IMG/VR virus record: IMGVR_UViG_3300045988_080614
Length of the DNA stretch: 64,000 nt
Direction: 5' to 3' (one strand)
From: a virus
A model generated the notes under the pieces. That model searched no databases. It had not been told where the DNA came from and worked only from the letters and a program-made list of their open reading frames with translations. Both the position numbers and the translations under genes were made by a program. Positions 61,255 through 64,000 of the stretch are shown here, piece by piece. Position 1 is the first letter of the stretch, and each line of letters begins with the position of its first letter.

Positions 61255-61522
61255 AGATTCAGTTATAAAAGTAGCAAAAGAACTTAATTTAAGTGAAGAA
61301 TTCGTAGATAAAGTATATAAAGCTTATTGGATAACTATAAGAGACTATATGTCTTCTCTTCCTCTTAAAGAAAATCTTACAGAGGAAGAGTTCAATAGGC
61401 TTAGACCTAATATTAATATACCTTCTATAGGTAAGTTCTATGTTACTTATGATAGGTATAAGAATAAAAAGAAACAATTTAATATAATCAAAGAATTGAA
61501 GAGTAGAAATGAAGATAATTAA
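61244..61522 (+). CDS. hypothetical protein, possibly HU/IHF-like DNA-binding (tentative)
   Basis: VIKVAKELNLSEEFVDKVYKAY...IPSIGKFYV resembles the HU helix-helix plus beta-arm start. Confidence 0.55.
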   Translation: MNYKDSVIKVAKELNLSEEFVDKVYKAYWITIRDYMSSLPLKENLTEEEFNRLRPNINIPSIGKFYVTYDRYKNKKKQFNIIKELKSRNEDN

Positions 61523-61934
61523 AGCAAAGAAAATTAAACCTACATTTGACCATGTAGTAACTTCTTTAAATCTTTATGAAGAGGATTTATATGAGAATGG
61601 TATTATTACTCATGGTAAAGGAGAACCAATGATGGAACAAACTGTAATAGCAGCAGGTCCTAATACTCCATTTGCTGAAGGTATGATAGTACATATTAAT
61701 CCTATTAAATATGCTAGAATGAAGCATAAGAAAGGTTCCGTTAAAGATGGTGTTATTGAAGATAATTCTGTTATAGATTATGTTCTTCCTATTATCTCTA
61801 TGGGAGATAAACTAGTACTATTATTACAGTCAAATGATATTGATTATATTATTGAAGAGTGGGATGATGTTGAAGTAGAAAAACCTAAGAAACAGACTCT
61901 TATTCTTCCTGGAAAAAAAAGTATTATTGTCTAA
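61509..61934 (+). CDS. hypothetical protein, possibly GroES/gp31-like co-chaperonin (tentative)
   Basis: IKPTFDHVV...EQTVIAAGPNTPFAEGMIVHINP resembles the Cpn10 pattern KPL.DRVLV...G.VIAVG. Confidence 0.55.
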   Translation: MKIIKAKKIKPTFDHVVTSLNLYEEDLYENGIITHGKGEPMMEQTVIAAGPNTPFAEGMIVHINPIKYARMKHKKGSVKDGVIEDNSVIDYVLPIISMGDKLVLLLQSNDIDYIIEEWDDVEVEKPKKQTLILPGKKSIIV

Positions 61935-61940
61935 TTAAAT

Positions 61941-61973
61941 AGTCCTAGTCAAAAGCTAGGACTTTAATTTTTT
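61941..61973 (+). terminator. intrinsic terminator
   Basis: AGTCCTAG-tcaaaag-CTAGGACT followed by TTAATTTTTT. Confidence 0.7.
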
Positions 61974-61981
61974 ATAGAGAT

Positions 61982-62524
61982 ATGAAGTTATTAAAATATG
62001 AAGGATATAATCTTACTTTTGAACCTGAAATATTAGCTCTTAAAGTATTTAAGAAGTTACATACTAGAGACCATTCAAAAGATAAATCAAGATTTATTCA
62101 AGAGTTAGCTTTTATATATTTTTATTCAGACCCTAGGTCTGATTATCAATATTTAACTGATGAGAATGAAAGACTTAAAGCTATAGTAGAAGGAGAAGGT
62201 TTACCTGATGATTGGAAGATAGATAAAATATTACAGGATGCTATAGATTATTATAGTTCTTTTAAGCCTACTTCTGCATTATTACTTGAAGATACTAGAG
62301 CAGCAGTAGATAAGTTAAGACAGTTATTAAGAAATATAGATTTAACAGAAGTTGATGATAAAGGTAAACCTATATATACTCTTAATACTATTACTGCTAC
62401 AATTAAACAAGTTCCTTCATTAGTTAAGGATTTAGATGAAGCAGAAAAGACTATAGCTAGAGAAATTATGCAAGATGAATCTATTAGAGGTTCACAAGAA
62501 AAATCAATGTTTGAAGATGAATAA
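61982..62524 (+). CDS. hypothetical protein (180 aa)
   Basis: ORF with ATG start. Confidence 0.65.
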   Translation: MKLLKYEGYNLTFEPEILALKVFKKLHTRDHSKDKSRFIQELAFIYFYSDPRSDYQYLTDENERLKAIVEGEGLPDDWKIDKILQDAIDYYSSFKPTSALLLEDTRAAVDKLRQLLRNIDLTEVDDKGKPIYTLNTITATIKQVPSLVKDLDEAEKTIAREIMQDESIRGSQEKSMFEDE

Positions 62525-62525
62525 T

Positions 62526-62849
62526 ATGAATATAGAAGATTTTAACAATAAGCAGTTTGATATATTTGGCACTACTTTTACTATTAAACTAGTAGATACA
62601 TTAGATGCAGATGATAATCTACTTCATTATGGACTTACTAAAGGTAATATAAGAGAGGTAAGAATAAGTAGAGAAGTAATAAAAGCTAAGCAACCTGATT
62701 CAGAGTTATATTTAACATTAGTTCATGAGATTGTACATGTTATATTGGATACAGGACAATATCTTGAAGAATCAGGGAACGAAGCATTAGTTGAATGGTT
62801 AACTAGATGTATTATATCATTATTAAAACAAGGTATATTATGCAAATAG
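62526..62849 (+). CDS. small HExxH protein (putative metallopeptidase-like)
   Basis: The internal ATG (MNIEDF) lies 1 nt after the previous stop. LVHEIVHVIL is an H-E-x-x-H motif. Confidence 0.5.
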   Translation: MNIEDFNNKQFDIFGTTFTIKLVDTLDADDNLLHYGLTKGNIREVRISREVIKAKQPDSELYLTLVHEIVHVILDTGQYLEESGNEALVEWLTRCIISLLKQGILCK

Positions 62850-63166
62850 AAGATATAACAAGTGCTTTAAATAAGTATTTAGAAGATAAAAGAAAACTTG
62901 AAAAGTTAGATATAAAAGGACATTTTGTAGTTAAAAGAAATATCAAAACTATGAAACCTCCTATTTATAAGAAGTTTATTATCAAGCTCTATTATGTTAC
63001 TCCTATACAGGATAAAGAGATATTTATAATAATGAACATAGATAAATGTCCTAGTGGTTCAGAAGATATTTATTGGGAAAACTTAAGTAAGGAATATCTT
63101 TTATATGTATTTAATTTAATGAGAACTGAAACTTTTACTAAATTAATATATGGCAATATTGATTGA
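62840..63166 (+). CDS. hypothetical protein (108 aa)
   Basis: The ATG at 62840 (MQIEDIT) minimises overlap with the previous gene. An alternative ATG is at 62807. Confidence 0.55.
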   Translation: MQIEDITSALNKYLEDKRKLEKLDIKGHFVVKRNIKTMKPPIYKKFIIKLYYVTPIQDKEIFIIMNIDKCPSGSEDIYWENLSKEYLLYVFNLMRTETFTKLIYGNID

Positions 63167-64000
63167 AACTAATGAATATCAAACTCCTATAACTGAAGAA
63201 TTACTTTCTCAATATCCAGAGGAAGTAGTTCAACAGTTTACAGAGATTGTTAATATAGTTCCTTTTATTAAGAATCTTATTAATCCTAATAGACCTAAGA
63301 TAGAAGATTTACCTAGAGATAAAGAAGGTAGAGCTATTGTAGATATAACTAATCCTCCTATATATAAAGATGCAGATTATTTTAGACAAGCAGCATTATT
63401 TTATTTAAAGAATGATTGTTATACCAAATTGAGACCTAATAGTAATCCTAATAGTGAATATAGAAAGTATTGGAGAGAAGAATTAAGAAGATGTAGAGAA
63501 GGACTTATAAGACAATCTGATGGTATGTATGTTACTGGTTTTCTTTACTGGTTTCTTAATTATTGTCCAATGATGGTAAACTTCTATAAAGAAGGACAAA
63601 AGAAAGCTATAAGAAAGGAATCTTTTGGTTTCTTCTTTGAAGGTATATGGTGGAGAAGTATATATCTTTATAATGCTAGAGAGCAAGGACATCATGCAAT
63701 AGAATTAGCAAAAAGAGGTTGTGCCAAGAGCTATTTTTTAGCTACAATAATGTCACATAATCTTATTGTAGGAGAATCAGAAGCTACACATAAAAGATGT
63801 ATTACAGTACTTACTGCTGCACAAAAAGAGTATCTTAAAGATGATAAGGATGGTACTTTAAATAAGTTTATACCAGAGCTTTCATTTGTTATAGATAATA
63901 CTCCTTTTCCTAATCTTTTATTAAAGAATTCACCTAATGAAATGTCTTGGCAAATGGGGTATAAGAAACCTAATGGTGCTATAGGTGGTTCTATGAATCA
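63150..64000 (+). CDS. terL: terminase large subunit, N-terminal part (3' end outside window)
   Basis: Open frame from the ATG at 63150 to the window edge; not in the track because it has no stop. ...GFLYWFLNYCPM...FFFEGIWWRS...HAIELAKRGCAKSYF is a Walker-A-like region typical of TerL ATPase domains. It sits at the start of the packaging/structural block. Confidence 0.55.
   Translation, partial: MAILIETNEYQTPITEELLSQYPEEVVQQFTEIVNIVPFIKNLINPNRPKIEDLPRDKEGRAIVDITNPPIYKDADYFRQAALFYLKNDCYTKLRPNSNPNSEYRKYWREELRRCREGLIRQSDGMYVTGFLYWFLNYCPMMVNFYKEGQKKAIRKESFGFFFEGIWWRSIYLYNAREQGHHAIELAKRGCAKSYFLATIMSHNLIVGESEATHKRCITVLTAAQKEYLKDDKDGTLNKFIPELSFVIDNTPFPNLLLKNSPNEMSWQMGYKKPNGAIGGSMN

Noticed and set aside
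1-64000. Stop-codon reassignment (TAG or TGA recoding), as seen in some crAss-like phages
   Set aside because: The giant ORFs (2457, 1311 and 1048 aa) and all recognisable enzymes are intact under the standard code. TAA, TGA and TAG all appear as credible gene ends, and none of the ten tRNAs has a suppressor anticodon.

Overview
AT-rich dsDNA phage segment with the gene content and layout of a crAss-like (Crassvirales) phage of a Bacteroidota host. Layout: nt 1-1026 is the 3' end of a + strand virion-module gene. nt 1067-53689 is one long minus-strand block. It holds two giant virion proteins (1311 aa, and a 2457-aa two-barrel virion RNA polymerase with a DYDVD motif). Next come nucleotide-metabolism and replication genes: ThyX, a P-loop kinase, family-A DNA polymerase, dUTPase, NrdD/NrdG, thioredoxin-like protein, nucleases, UDG, primase, DnaB-like and SF2 helicases, and an ATPase. 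About 12 kb of small, mostly orphan early-type genes follow. nt 53690-54206 is a divergent control region. nt 54207-64000 is a + strand block with a 1048-aa lysozyme-domain protein, an HExxH membrane protein, a 10-tRNA array, small genes and the start of TerL. Highlights: two related group I introns (in nrdD and in a JAMM/MPN gene), four homing endonucleases, an E1-like/JAMM/possible Ubl cassette inside the replication module, a diphtheria-toxin-like ADP-ribosyltransferase signature at the C-terminus of the lysozyme protein, Bacteroidota-type TTTG/TAnnTTTG promoters, and families of conserved hairpins. The genetic code looks standard; no rRNA, CRISPR array or integrase was seen. All calls come from manual motif reading and hand folding; no database search or computation was possible.
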